A stretch of 28,224 bases of DNA from positions 1 through 28,224 of the forward strand of contig CAXXSM010000139.1 of the NCBI GenBank assembly GCA_963663405.2, read 5' to 3'. The notes below the pieces were generated by a model that saw only the letters and a program-made list of their open reading frames with translations, did not search any database and was not told the origin of the DNA. The position numbers were made by a program, and so were the translations under genes. The DNA comes from a bacterium (GTDB lineage: Bacteria > Hinthialibacterota > Hinthialibacteria > Hinthialibacterales > Hinthialibacteraceae). Numbering within the stretch: position 1 is the first letter of the stretch; every line of letters begins with the position of its first letter. Positions 9,251 to 19,234 of this stretch are shown here, in pieces.

Positions 9251-10030
9251 TCAACCGTTCTTCTTCAGCCGCATCAACCACAACTTCGCATACTTCGTAA
9301 ATGTAGCGAAAGCGGAAAGCATCGCCAAGATCAATCCCAGCGCGCCATCAAGAAATCCCAACCGAAGGATATATCGCTTCATAAATCCAAAAGCCGGGCG
9401 GAAAAACAGGTTAATCAAACTGACTTTTTTACCGTTTTTGTACAAGTCATTAGCCGCCCATGTTGTGTACCGGCCGAATTTTTCGAAATATTGATCGAAA
9501 TTATGATAGGTGTAATGCAGAAGTTTTCCTTTTAGATAGCCCGGCTCTCCATTAATTTTAAAATCAGCGTGCACTTCCCGGTTCTCTTTGCGGCACCGGT
9601 CACGGTGAAAGAAGCGCGTGGTTTTATCACGATCCCACCCTCCGTGTTTGATTTCTTTTCCGAATACGAAGTTCCGGCGATAGATGAAATACCCGTCCCG
9701 CTCCGGTCCTTTTACGAGAAGATGTTGGACTTCCTCGCGCAGTTCATCCGTCACACGCTCGTCGGCGTCAACGAACAGAATCCATTCATGCGCAGCCTGA
9801 GGAATGGCCCAATTGCTCTGCGCCGCATGGTTTTTATATGGATTTTGTAGTATTCGCGCCCCATAGGAGCGGACAATCTCCAACGTTCCATCCGTCGAGA
9901 AAGAATCCGCGACTAAGATTTCATCGGCCCATTTGACGCTTTCCATACAGTCACGGATGTTCTCTTCTTCATTGTAGGTAAGAACAATTGCAGTGACTTT
10001 CCGGGGAGAGCCATTTTCTGGTGTTTGCAT
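9251..10030 (-). CDS. Glycosyltransferase family 2 (WaaE/KdtX-like LPS beta-1,4-glucosyltransferase)
   Basis: IVLTYNEEENIRDC, DSFSTDGT, WILFVDADER, VH, LHYTY, GFLDG; likely start MQTPENG at 10030 with GGAG upstream. Confidence 0.88.
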   Translation of the reverse strand: MQTPENGSPRKVTAIVLTYNEEENIRDCMESVKWADEILVADSFSTDGTLEIVRSYGARILQNPYKNHAAQSNWAIPQAAHEWILFVDADERVTDELREEVQHLLVKGPERDGYFIYRRNFVFGKEIKHGGWDRDKTTRFFHRDRCRKENREVHADFKINGEPGYLKGKLLHYTYHNFDQYFEKFGRYTTWAANDLYKNGKKVSLINLFFRPAFGFMKRYILRLGFLDGALGLILAMLSAFATFTKYAKLWLMRLKKNG

Positions 10031-10249
10031 ACTCCATCCTTTGTAAGATCGGTTCAAAACGGCTTTATTTGCGGGAGACTTTGACCGGCGTTCTCTAAAA
10101 TATAATAGATCGAGAAGAAGGAAACAAGGATATACAATTCGCAAATCAATATCTATAAATCTATGGATGGAGAATGAGAAAAAAAAAGCGCCAGACCAGC
10201 GCCAAGATAATCATGCGTAATTTAATTCAGAACGATTATTCAAACTCGA

Positions 10250-11234
10250 TTAATACAAACACCATTCCGCGACAGCGGTAAATTCACCAAAGATGATCTC
10301 TCCCGCGCCGGCGGGGGAAAGACGGCCATTCGCGTTGACGCCGATGTCCCAAAATGCGGCTTCCGATTCCGGATCGAGGTAAGCTTTGCTTTCCAATTCT
10401 TCATCAGTCAATAGGTCATACCATTCGTTTTCAGGGGTAAAACTAATCGCATGGACGCGGTTGGCCCACCAATATTGCAGCGCGAGATCGGCGCCGTCGT
10501 CATCGTCCATACCGATATTGAATCCCCAAACCTGACCAGGCGCCATGGAGAGGCCTAATTCTTCATCTTCAAAGTTCATTTTGTGAAGCCGGGTTTCCAA
10601 AATCCAGCCGCCATCAACTTCCTGTCCATAACCGTACACTTGCTGATCTTCTCCATAATACCAATCCACAAGCAGGGACCAGCGAATGGGATCTTGTGGA
10701 GCGTCGAGCGCATCATCCCAGTTGGAGAAACGGCCTTCGTAGTTGAAATAGACGTGGCCGCCATATTCGGGGGGGGGTAGAGTCCCAATTGTAATCGAAA
10801 TCAGTATTGGTTGGATCGACGAGTAATTCAATCGCGTCATCAGACCAGAAGCGGGGATTTTCATCGTTCGAGCGGACGACATCATCTTTTGCGTCTACGG
10901 CGATATAAAGATAGTTGTCGTCATAGGCGAGATAGAATGTGAAACTGGTATCTTCCGGGCTGTCCCATTCTTTCACAGTCGGGTAATTCAAAATCCACGC
11001 GTTTTCTCCGGGAATCACAGAAATAGGTTCAAAATCGCCGTATTCTCCGGGAGAAATGATACCATCCAACTGCACGGAATCATTCACTACTTTGGGAACG
11101 GTCAACGTCGTCGCGTCGATATCCGACCAAGGGCCTTCGGATGTTTCATCAAAATCAAGCACTTGGGATGAGACCGGTAAACCGGTTGCAAGAATTAAAG
11201 ATACGAACAATATAGGCACAAATCTTCTTCTCAT
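10250..11234 (-). CDS. Secreted CBM9/DOMON-like sugar-binding domain protein (1-nt frameshift in G9 tract 10769-10777)
   Basis: Signal peptide MRRRFVPILFVSLILA; VQLDG, LAYDDNYLYIAVDAKDD, WSDDAIELLVDP, GWILE, WGFNIGMDDDDG. ORFs 10713..11234 and 10250..10885 join if C9 becomes C8. Confidence 0.75.
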
Positions 11235-11557
11235 TTTATATTCTCCTCTAAGATGTATTAGATTTTAAATCAATCAAGCAGTTTTCTAATGGATTACGCT
11301 GCCTCCTTTCTGTCTTGATAAATAAGACGATCGCTTCAGTGAATTAATCCGCACGTTACTTTTATCAAATATTCATCTAGCAATCAAGACTCTATTGGAA
11401 GATAAGATGACAAAAAAGTTTTATTGGAGGAGTACGAAAAAGGCAGAGAATGCAATTTGTTAATTTGTTAGTGATTGTGGAGGTGATTAAGAAAATTCAA
11501 ATCGAATTCTTTCAGATCTATACGTAAGGGATCAGAATGTTTTTCAACTGGTGAAGA

Positions 11558-12139
11558 TTAAAGACTGTTTTTGGAATCAAGGAATTTCTTGAACCGTTGC
11601 GCGATGGGATGAATGGGTTTTCCTTTTTTCCGGACCGCCTCCAAGCGCAAGCCGGTCACCAAGCGAAGACCGGTCAGTGGATCGGCGCAGGCTTGTTCCA
11701 GGAATTCTTCCCGCTGTTCGAAGTATACTCTTCCCGGTTCAAGAAAATCGCTGATATAAACCATCCAGCCGATGGGAGTGAAATCGGGATGCCCCGTTGG
11801 ATGATACGACACCGCCATGAGAGCGCTTGGATCAACAATTCCATACTCGTATTGAAGCGTCCATGCGCTCATGGGGGCATGAAACAATTTGGGAATATCC
11901 AGCAACTCGTTTCCATACAAGACCGGTTTTTCACCGGTCCATCGCTCCTTGCGGGATTCCTTTGCGCAGTCATGAAACAACGAAGCCCAAGCGAGCAGGG
12001 TTGAATCCACGGGATAGTTCTTCCATGAATCGGCGAGAAGAAACGCGGTTTCCGCGACTCCAACGCTATGTTGGAACCGTTTTTTCGAGAGTGTGTTCTG
12101 GAGGCGTTCGACGGCGGATGATGGAAGATGATCGATCAC
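11558..12139 (-). CDS. yqeK: YqeK-family HD hydrolase (putative symmetrical Ap4A hydrolase)
   Basis: RFQHSVGV, LFHDCAKE, LFHAP, YHPTG, YISDFLEPGR; 4-nt overlap with the upstream TPR gene. Confidence 0.85.
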   Translation of the reverse strand: MIDHLPSSAVERLQNTLSKKRFQHSVGVAETAFLLADSWKNYPVDSTLLAWASLFHDCAKESRKERWTGEKPVLYGNELLDIPKLFHAPMSAWTLQYEYGIVDPSALMAVSYHPTGHPDFTPIGWMVYISDFLEPGRVYFEQREEFLEQACADPLTGLRLVTGLRLEAVRKKGKPIHPIAQRFKKFLDSKNSL

Positions 12140-14281
12140 GGTTGAAGTTGAGTCTCCAATTTGTGGATTTTTTCATGAATTTTGGATTCAAATTCGGGTG
12201 TAAATTCGAAGGGATGCTTCGGCCCGGTCTCCAGCGCTTTTTTCCATTGCTGGACCGCCAGATCGAATTGCCCTTCACGTTCGTACGCGTTGGCGAGATG
12301 ATCGAGGATCACAGGATGATCGTTTTCCAGTTCCAACGCTTTGCGAAGTTGTTCGATGGCTTCCTGATTGCGGCTCATCCGGTAATACGCCCATCCCAGA
12401 CTGTCGATGATATTTCCATCATCAGGCCGGAGTTTCAGCGCCTTTTCAATCAGCGCAAGCGCTTCATCAAGACGCACATTGTGATCGGCGTATGTATATC
12501 CAAGAAAGTTATACGCTTCGGCGTCGTCTGGATAGCGCTCCATCGCTACGCGCATTAGACGCTCGATATCCGCCAACCGGTCCATCTTCTCATACAGATA
12601 CGCCAATTGAAACAGCGCGTCTTTGTATAGGGGGGACTCTTCATCAATGGCTTTTTGGCATTCTAAATAGACTGTTTCGGCGTCCGTCCAGTTGTGTATC
12701 GTGATGTAAAAGAGGCCGAGGGCGTATAACAGATGCGGATTTTGAGGAAACGCGCGGCGGGCTTCGTTCAGCGTTTGGATGACGTCCGCAGTGAGTCCGC
12801 AGTTTTTAAATTCATAACGCAGCAAGAACCAGAAGCGGGATTCAAAGCAGGCGTCTTCCAGAATCTCTTTATCTCGATCGATTTCCGCCTGCTTCATCAC
12901 GGAGACAATCGATTCCAACCGGCTTTTTAAAGATGATTCGTCACCGTCGAAAAAAGCGAGTTGGGCCTGCGCGAACAGGGCGCGAGGGATAACCGGTTCA
13001 ATTCCAGCCGCCTGTGTAAGACAATCCACCAATTCGATTCGGAATTTATATTCCGTTGATTTTTCCAAGAAAGTTTCTTGTACGACATCCCAGAGATACA
13101 TTAATATTTCTTCCCGGTTCCGGTTCTTCAGGGCGTGCTGAAACGCGGCCAGGAATCCCTTGTACGCTTCTTGTTCACGGTCCAACATTTTCAGGATATC
13201 AAAACGAAGCCGTTGTATGCGGTAATTATCAGGTGTCTTTTCCGCGATCGCATTGACTTCATCATAAGCGTCTTGATAGTTCTTCTGTTCGATATACAGA
13301 GACGCAAGGATCTTTCTAGATTCCAAATCGTCCGGGAACAATTCTTTGATACGTTTGTATTGGTAGCAAGCCTCTGGGTAGGATTTTCTCGTCCGATAGA
13401 GCGTTCCGAGCCGCTTGCGCAAGGCCAATTCATCCTGGGGATCGCGCACATTATTTAACGCGGTCAAGTAGGCTTCGATCGCGCGATCCTCTCTCTGCAG
13501 GATTTCGCAGATGGCGCCGATTCGAGAGTGTACTTCATAAACATTCGGCGCTTGATTGGAAAGATCTGTATACTCTTTTAACGCCTCCTCATACCGCCTG
13601 TTCTGGTACAAGATCGCCGCGATTTGGAGTTGGTAAATCACCGAATGGGATGGATTGACGCGACACATTTCCCGGAACGCGCCAATCGCGTCATCATACT
13701 GTTTCGCCAATAAATACAGATTGGCCAGATTCAAAAGCGTGTCCAGCGAATCGGGTTCCAATCCCCTGAGGTGTTCGTAATGCTGAATCGCTTCGTTCCA
13801 TTTTTTTTGCGCTGTGAACGCCCGGCCAAGAATCCGGTAGGCCTCTTTCTCCATGGACGCGTTGCGCACCGTTTCACCTGCGATTTGGATGGCCTCGTCC
13901 AGTTTACCAGCTCTAAGAAAAGCGTTGCTCGTAATCACTCCAAGGTAGCTGGATTGGGGCAGGATTTCGAGCGCTTTATAATATTCAGCGCCGGCCGCTT
14001 CGTATTTACCGCTTTCCTCTAGAATCGCCCCTTTCATGACTTGGCTGAACAGACGTTCGCGTTCTTTCGCGGGAAGGCTCTTCGCCTGAGGTATATCGAC
14101 CGTAGCGGTTTCCTGACTGGTTGGCTCCTGTGGAATTGGTTCGGTTAGCCCATTATCCTTAGTTTCTTCAACCGTTGGAGTCTTTTCAGCGATTGTGACC
14201 GGCGCGCGGGGGAGTTGTGGCGCAGCCGGTGATGACGCATACGAGCAACAATGACAGGAATGGAAAAGGCCTGTTGTTCAT
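12136..14281 (-). CDS. Tetratricopeptide-repeat lipoprotein (1-nt frameshift near 14208-14212)
   Basis: Start MNNRPFPFLSLLLVCVITG-C (lipobox); removing one C gives TPRAPVTIAEKTPTVEE in frame with ORF 12136..14037; C-terminal AYNFLGY..AD...IIDSLGWAYYR...ILDHLA typical of envelope TPR proteins. Confidence 0.85.
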
Positions 14282-14419
14282 TTTGGGAATCCACCGTTCA
14301 GCGCCACACGCTCGAACGAATCCAGATTGCGCTCTAAGAGAGAACCGGAGCTGAATGAAGATATTTGTATCCATTCAATATCATATCGCTTCTCCGCAGG
14401 AAAGGCAGGTCTTTAGGGA

Positions 14420-14779
14420 TCAACCGGGAGGCCATTTCATGAACCGGCCACCGAGTAGATGGATGTGAAGATGATAGACCGTCTGGCCTCCATTATCGCC
14501 GGAATTAATCACCAGCCGGTACCCATCTTGATCGACACCGTTCTTTTTCGCCAGTTCATTGGCGGCGGTGAAGAGACGCGCCAGCAGCGCTTGCTTATCC
14601 TCTGTCATATCACCGATCTTTGGGATATGTTCTTTAGGAATCACGAGAAGGTGAAGCGGCGCTTGTGGATTCAGGTCTTTAAAGGCGCAGACCAGCTCGT
14701 CATCATAGACCAATTCTGTGGGGATCTCTCCTTTGGCGATCTTGCAGAATATACAATCCGATTGAGAGGAATCATTCAC
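14420..14779 (-). CDS. hinT: Histidine triad nucleotide-binding protein
   Basis: DCIFCKIAKGEIP, AFKDLNPQAPLHLLVIPK, GQTVYHLHIHLLGGR, WPPG; GTG start at 14779 with GGAG SD. Confidence 0.93.
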   Translation of the reverse strand: MNDSSQSDCIFCKIAKGEIPTELVYDDELVCAFKDLNPQAPLHLLVIPKEHIPKIGDMTEDKQALLARLFTAANELAKKNGVDQDGYRLVINSGDNGGQTVYHLHIHLLGGRFMKWPPG

Positions 14780-14832
14780 GATAGAATCTCCATTTTCGAA
14801 TCTCCATAACGGCGGTTGATCCAATTTCCGCT

Positions 14833-14856
14833 GGAAAAAAGTAATTCCTTTTTTCC
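14833..14856. promoter_or_regulatory. Perfect 9-bp inverted repeat in the hinT/pilD divergent region (possible operator)
   Basis: GGAAAAAAG-TAATTC-CTTTTTTCC. Confidence 0.35.
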
Positions 14857-15007
14857 TGGAGTGAACCTTTTTAACTTGTATTTGTCTTATTTTAAAGGGC
14901 GGTAGATTGTCTAGGGGATCGGTTCTTGGAAGAAATCGAGTAGAATCCAATAATCAAACAGCCTATTCTAAAACCGCTCCTAGCGTGCAAACAGGAACAA
15001 CGAATGA

Positions 15008-15829
15008 TTGATTTCTCCGTATTACCGGATGTTTTTTTTTGTCTTCTGCGCGGGTGTTTTCGGTCTGGCGCTGGGCAGTTTTTTTCATGTCTGCGTGTGG
15101 CGCATGCCGCGAGAAGAATCTGTGATTGTACCCCGCTCGCATTGTCCCTGCTGTGAGAAACTAATCCCCTGGTATGATAACATTCCCGTTCTATCGTATC
15201 TCATTCTTCGAGGACGGTGTCGTTTTTGTCAGACGGGAATCCCCCTTCGGTATCCGTTTTACGAATTGATGACGGCGCTGTTGTTTATGGGAATCGTTTA
15301 TCGTTTCGGACCGGTTCCAACGTCGCTTCTTTATCTTCTTCTCACGTCCGTCCTGATCGTCGCTTCGGGGATTGATTGGGATCATCAATATATCCCTGAC
15401 AGGCTTTCTCTACCGATGATCCCGGTGTCGATCGTCTTCGGCGCGCTGGCGCAGTACACGTCCCTGTTTCCCGAGGCTTTTGTAGGGAATATTCAGAACG
15501 CTCTATTTGGTGTCGCAGTGGGGGGCGGCTTGATTTGGACGATCCGAATTGTGGGATCCTGGGCTTTTCGCCAGGAAGCGATGGGTTTCGGCGATGTCAA
15601 GTTGATGGCCTATATCGGTGGATTTCTTGGATGGGAGCAAGCGCTGTTGTGTATTTTTCTAGGCTCTTTTTTGGGTTCGATCGTCGGTATAAGTCTAAAA
15701 GTGTCAAGAAAGATCGAGAAATACGGTCATCTCCCTTTTGGCCCCTATCTCGCGATGGGAGCGTATCTTTGCCTGCTTTTTGGACCAAGAATACTAGAAT
15801 GGTATATGGCTCCATTGCGCGCAGGATAA
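15008..15829 (+). CDS. pilD: Prepilin peptidase / N-methyltransferase (A24)
   Basis: GSFFHVCVWRMP, PRSHCPCC, WYDNIPVLSY, RGRCRFC, IDWDHQYIPD, MGFGDVKL, PFGPYL. Confidence 0.93.
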   Translation: MISPYYRMFFFVFCAGVFGLALGSFFHVCVWRMPREESVIVPRSHCPCCEKLIPWYDNIPVLSYLILRGRCRFCQTGIPLRYPFYELMTALLFMGIVYRFGPVPTSLLYLLLTSVLIVASGIDWDHQYIPDRLSLPMIPVSIVFGALAQYTSLFPEAFVGNIQNALFGVAVGGGLIWTIRIVGSWAFRQEAMGFGDVKLMAYIGGFLGWEQALLCIFLGSFLGSIVGISLKVSRKIEKYGHLPFGPYLAMGAYLCLLFGPRILEWYMAPLRAG

Positions 15830-16388
15830 TAGATTCTTATCAGGATCCAATCTAACGATTCATCGCTCAAACCACTTGCAGGTTTTGTGAGAACTTTTTC
15901 AAAAGAGTTCTGTCGATATTTCCAAAGTATAGCGATATACTTATTAATACCACTTTCCAATCCAGTCCGTTCGCGGTAAGATAACGAGTTTAGTAATTGC
16001 AGTTTATTATAAAATTTAGAAAGAATAAAAGTAAGAGCATTAAAATCAGTTTGTTACGAACAGAATAAAGAACTGACGGTCAGCAACTTGCCACACATGG
16101 GAATGGAAAAATCATTCAATTTGAAATGGTGAAACATCCCATTGAGGTAGATGATTTTGTAGTAATTATTCTGTTGATTTTTATTAAATTATGTGTTAGC
16201 ATATTATTAATACGAATATATTTAAAATTATAGTATTTGGAATAGAAAAACGAATTCGTATATCTGGGAAAGAAGAGGAAAGTTAAAAAGAACAACTTGC
16301 GGCGGTAAAGGATTTCAATAAAAACGTAGCGCGGTCGTATATCAGAATGAGACAAATGATTTTCAATCGATTCGCCTTTCATTTTGTT

Positions 16389-16478
16389 TAAACCACCATG
16401 ATTGAGATCATAACGCGCGAATGAAAATGAGTCGTGGAAGTGTTTACGAATGAGATAGTTATAGGGACTCATTTTCAT
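16389..16478 (+). repeat. Dispersed repeat (partner 19235-19285) overlapping a 13-bp perfect inverted repeat
   Basis: 40/51 ungapped identity with 19235-19285; ATGAAAATGAGTC (16421-16433) / GACTCATTTTCAT (16466-16478). Confidence 0.75.
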
Positions 16479-16842
16479 ATAAAAAAGGGAAAAACAAAAT
16501 TTAAAAACCTGCCGATAAAGATATTTATGGGTTAATCTACAAGAGAGACCATAATTTTTCTGCAGGAATGAATCACCGCCGCATCTTATATGAATTGTAT
16601 CACTCATTAGGAATGATTTTTTTTGTGGTGTATGATACTGTTTTAGAGTGTAATTCTATCGATTTGAAGACTCGAACTTCTTGCTTTGCTCGAAGGAGAC
16701 GGATAAAGTAGATATTTCTTGCGGCTTTACAAAAGATTGCTTTGAATATCCGCCTTTTTGCGATGTAAAGAGAGCAATGAATGAGTTTTTTCAAAAGAAA
16801 CTCCCGATCCGTCAAGATGAGAGAGTCAGGAGACAATCACCC

Positions 16843-17640
16843 ATGAAACGTGTGGCCTCGAGCACGAATTTAGCGACATCTTATCCTCATGCATGCGAGC
16901 AGGAAGAACGAGTTTTCATTCACCCTTCCGCCGTCGTGGATCCAAGTGTGCGCCTGGGACAAGGCGCGCAAATCCATGCCAACGCCGTTATCGAACGTGG
17001 CGTTCAAATCGGAGAAAAAGCAGTCATTTTATCTGGATGTTATATCGGTGAAGAGTGTTCCATTGGAGCTCAGACGGTTTTGTATCCTCAAGTGGTACTT
17101 CGGGAAAAAACGGTTGTAGGAAACAAAGTCATCATTGAATCCGGTGTGGTGATCGGCAGTGATGGATTCGGTTATGCGAAAGAGAAAAACGGGGTGAATT
17201 GCAAAGTGCCTCAAGTTGGCCGTGTGACGATCGAAGATGAAGTATTGATTGGCGCCAATTCCACAATTGATCGAGCCACTCTCGGCCGAACGGTCATCGG
17301 TAAAGGAAGCCGGATCGGAAATCTGGTGCAAGTCGGACATAATGCTGTTGTAGGAGAAGAGACTCAGATCGGTGACAGTGTTGGAGTCTGTGGAAGCTGT
17401 AAAATTGGAAATTCCGTCGCGGTTGGACATGGAGCGGGATTGGTCGGTCACATTCGCATTGGAGATGGATCCAACATTGAGAACGGCGCCGGTGTCAGCA
17501 AAGATGTCCGGGACGGCGCGCGGATGATCGGCTCTCCCGCAATGGAAGAGGACGGTTATAAAACGTTTCAACAATACTTGGAACGTTTGCCTGAACTCCT
17601 CGCCCGCATTTCCGCCCTTGAGAAGAAATGCGCTCCCTAA
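16843..17640 (+). CDS. lpxD: LpxD-like hexapeptide-repeat acyltransferase lacking the N-terminal domain
   Basis: [55 protein letters not shown]; start chosen from the AGGAG SD at 16828 (alternative ATG at 16777). Confidence 0.75.
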   Translation: MKRVASSTNLATSYPHACEQEERVFIHPSAVVDPSVRLGQGAQIHANAVIERGVQIGEKAVILSGCYIGEECSIGAQTVLYPQVVLREKTVVGNKVIIESGVVIGSDGFGYAKEKNGVNCKVPQVGRVTIEDEVLIGANSTIDRATLGRTVIGKGSRIGNLVQVGHNAVVGEETQIGDSVGVCGSCKIGNSVAVGHGAGLVGHIRIGDGSNIENGAGVSKDVRDGARMIGSPAMEEDGYKTFQQYLERLPELLARISALEKKCAP

Positions 17641-17991
17641 CTTAGAATAACGCTCATTTGATCGAGGGTAACAACAGAGATCCTTAGAATATCCACTTTC
17701 GGATTTTTTCCCATCGCGTTTAGAGTTTTTAATTCTTCCATAAGAATTCCCATTTTTCGATCCCCAAAAAAACCATTCTCAAGGAGACGTGCGCGTTCGT
17801 ATCAAATAGCAGGTTATCGCCTATATAGCATGTGAAATTCATAAAGAATACTCCCCGGTCATTCCAGATACCAACAATCCATCTCCACAAACCATCTACG
17901 GATTTCCTTGCCGCATTTTCAAACTATACTCTATGCAATCATCGATAGAGATACTTATCGGAAAATGTGTAAGATAATGATGGAGTACTAG

Positions 17992-18729
17992 ATGTCTCAA
18001 GAATACATCGAAAAAAACCTGCTGCAGGCGATTGATGAGACACCACTGGATCGTGGGGCGAAGATCGTTGATGTCAGTTGCGGGCGGGGCGTTATCTTAA
18101 AAGCCCTTCGTGAGCGGGGATTCACCAACCTGCAAGGAACCAACCATCGCGTATACAACGATACACCAGAAGAGATACCCATAACACCCAGCGTTGATCT
18201 GATCGAAGGACTGCCCTTCGATGACGCCTCATTCGACGCCGTCATCAGCTGCGAAGTTATCGAACACGTCCGCGATCCCGTCATGGCAATTCAGGAATTG
18301 ACACGCATCCTCCGGCCGGGAGGCTGGCTTTTTCTCTCTACGCCGAATCTGATGCGGTTGCGTTCGCGCAGCGCGTTTTTTCTAACCGGTTTTCATAAAC
18401 GTAAACGACCATTTCCCCGTCACGATCTGCCCTTGGAGGAATTGTATCACACCCACAATTTTGCTCTCGAATTCCCGTTACTCTATTACTACTTTCACGC
18501 ATGCGGCATGCGTATCGACCGGCTGTTTCCCAACCAGATCAAATGGCTATCCTATCTCCCCCTTGCCGTATGGTACCCATTTGTCTCAATCGCAACGGTT
18601 ACTAACCTGCTCTTCCGCGTATCAAATCCATCTCAAAGACAATTCTACCGGGGAATGATCCCTTTCCTCCTGCACCCATACACACTCGCATCAGAAACCA
18701 TTATTCTCAGGGCGGAGAAGGTAAGATGA
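17992..18729 (+). CDS. Class I SAM-dependent methyltransferase (Methyltransf_11/23-like)
   Basis: IVDVSCGRG, LPFDDASFDAVISCEVIEHV, RILRPGGWLFLSTPN; GGAG SD. Confidence 0.88.
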   Translation: MSQEYIEKNLLQAIDETPLDRGAKIVDVSCGRGVILKALRERGFTNLQGTNHRVYNDTPEEIPITPSVDLIEGLPFDDASFDAVISCEVIEHVRDPVMAIQELTRILRPGGWLFLSTPNLMRLRSRSAFFLTGFHKRKRPFPRHDLPLEELYHTHNFALEFPLLYYYFHACGMRIDRLFPNQIKWLSYLPLAVWYPFVSIATVTNLLFRVSNPSQRQFYRGMIPFLLHPYTLASETIILRAEKVR

Positions 18730-18878
18730 AAGAGCGGAAAGAAATAATGACTCCCGAAGAAATAGAAAAAATCAGAGAAATTGTAAAACCACGTTTTGAA
18801 GCCGTACAAAATGGAACCGCCAAATTATACGACGTTGATGAAGTGTTTGATGAAATCGAATCAGAACTATTTACTTAA
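18726..18878 (+). CDS. Putative antitoxin / addiction-module component (50 aa; not in ORF track)
   Basis: MKERKEIMTPEEIEKIREIVKPRFEAVQNGTAKLYDVDEVFDEIESELFT; acidic C-terminus; ends 4 nt before a ParE/RelE-like gene; alternative ATG at 18747. Confidence 0.7.
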   Translation: MKERKEIMTPEEIEKIREIVKPRFEAVQNGTAKLYDVDEVFDEIESELFT

Positions 18879-18882
18879 TCAC

Positions 18883-19205
18883 ATGTATAAATTAGAATTT
18901 ACTGAAGAAGCAAGGCAAGAAATAAGACAAAAAATCAAATATTCTGCACAGAAATGGAGTAAATTACATTTACAAAAATACTCAAATGAATTGAAACGAC
19001 AAATAATAGAGAATAAAAAAAGCATCCAAAACATTGTCAAACACGGGACGATGTTTTACTTGGTATCCGTATTAAAATATATAAAGGCAACAAGATTATC
19101 TATATAATAAATGAAGATAACAAAACGGTGACTGTGCTGGCAGTCTTGAGTATTTATCAAAACCTAGATCAAAACATACTGAAACAACGAAAAAAACAAT
19201 CCTGA
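18883..19205 (+). CDS. ParE/RelE-superfamily toxin (1-nt frameshift near the A7 run 19015-19021)
   Basis: MYKLEFTEEARQEIRQKIKYSAQKWS..., then in shifted frame HPKHCQTRDDVLLGIRIKIYKGNKIIYIINEDNKTVTVLAVL; basic protein of about 107 aa. Confidence 0.78.
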
Positions 19206-19234
19206 ATTTTCCTCCATTAATAAATCAAATACTA

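Noticed and set aside
16116-16836. ORFs 16116..16607 and 16600..16836 on the minus strand
   Set aside because: AT-rich, F/Y/K/I-biased translations with no motif or SD; the longer one runs across a nucleotide repeat element.
18796-19107. 103-aa ORF as listed in the track
   Set aside because: Chimeric reading: the true toxin starts at ATG 18883 and shifts frame near 19015; the upstream part is the antitoxin in another frame.
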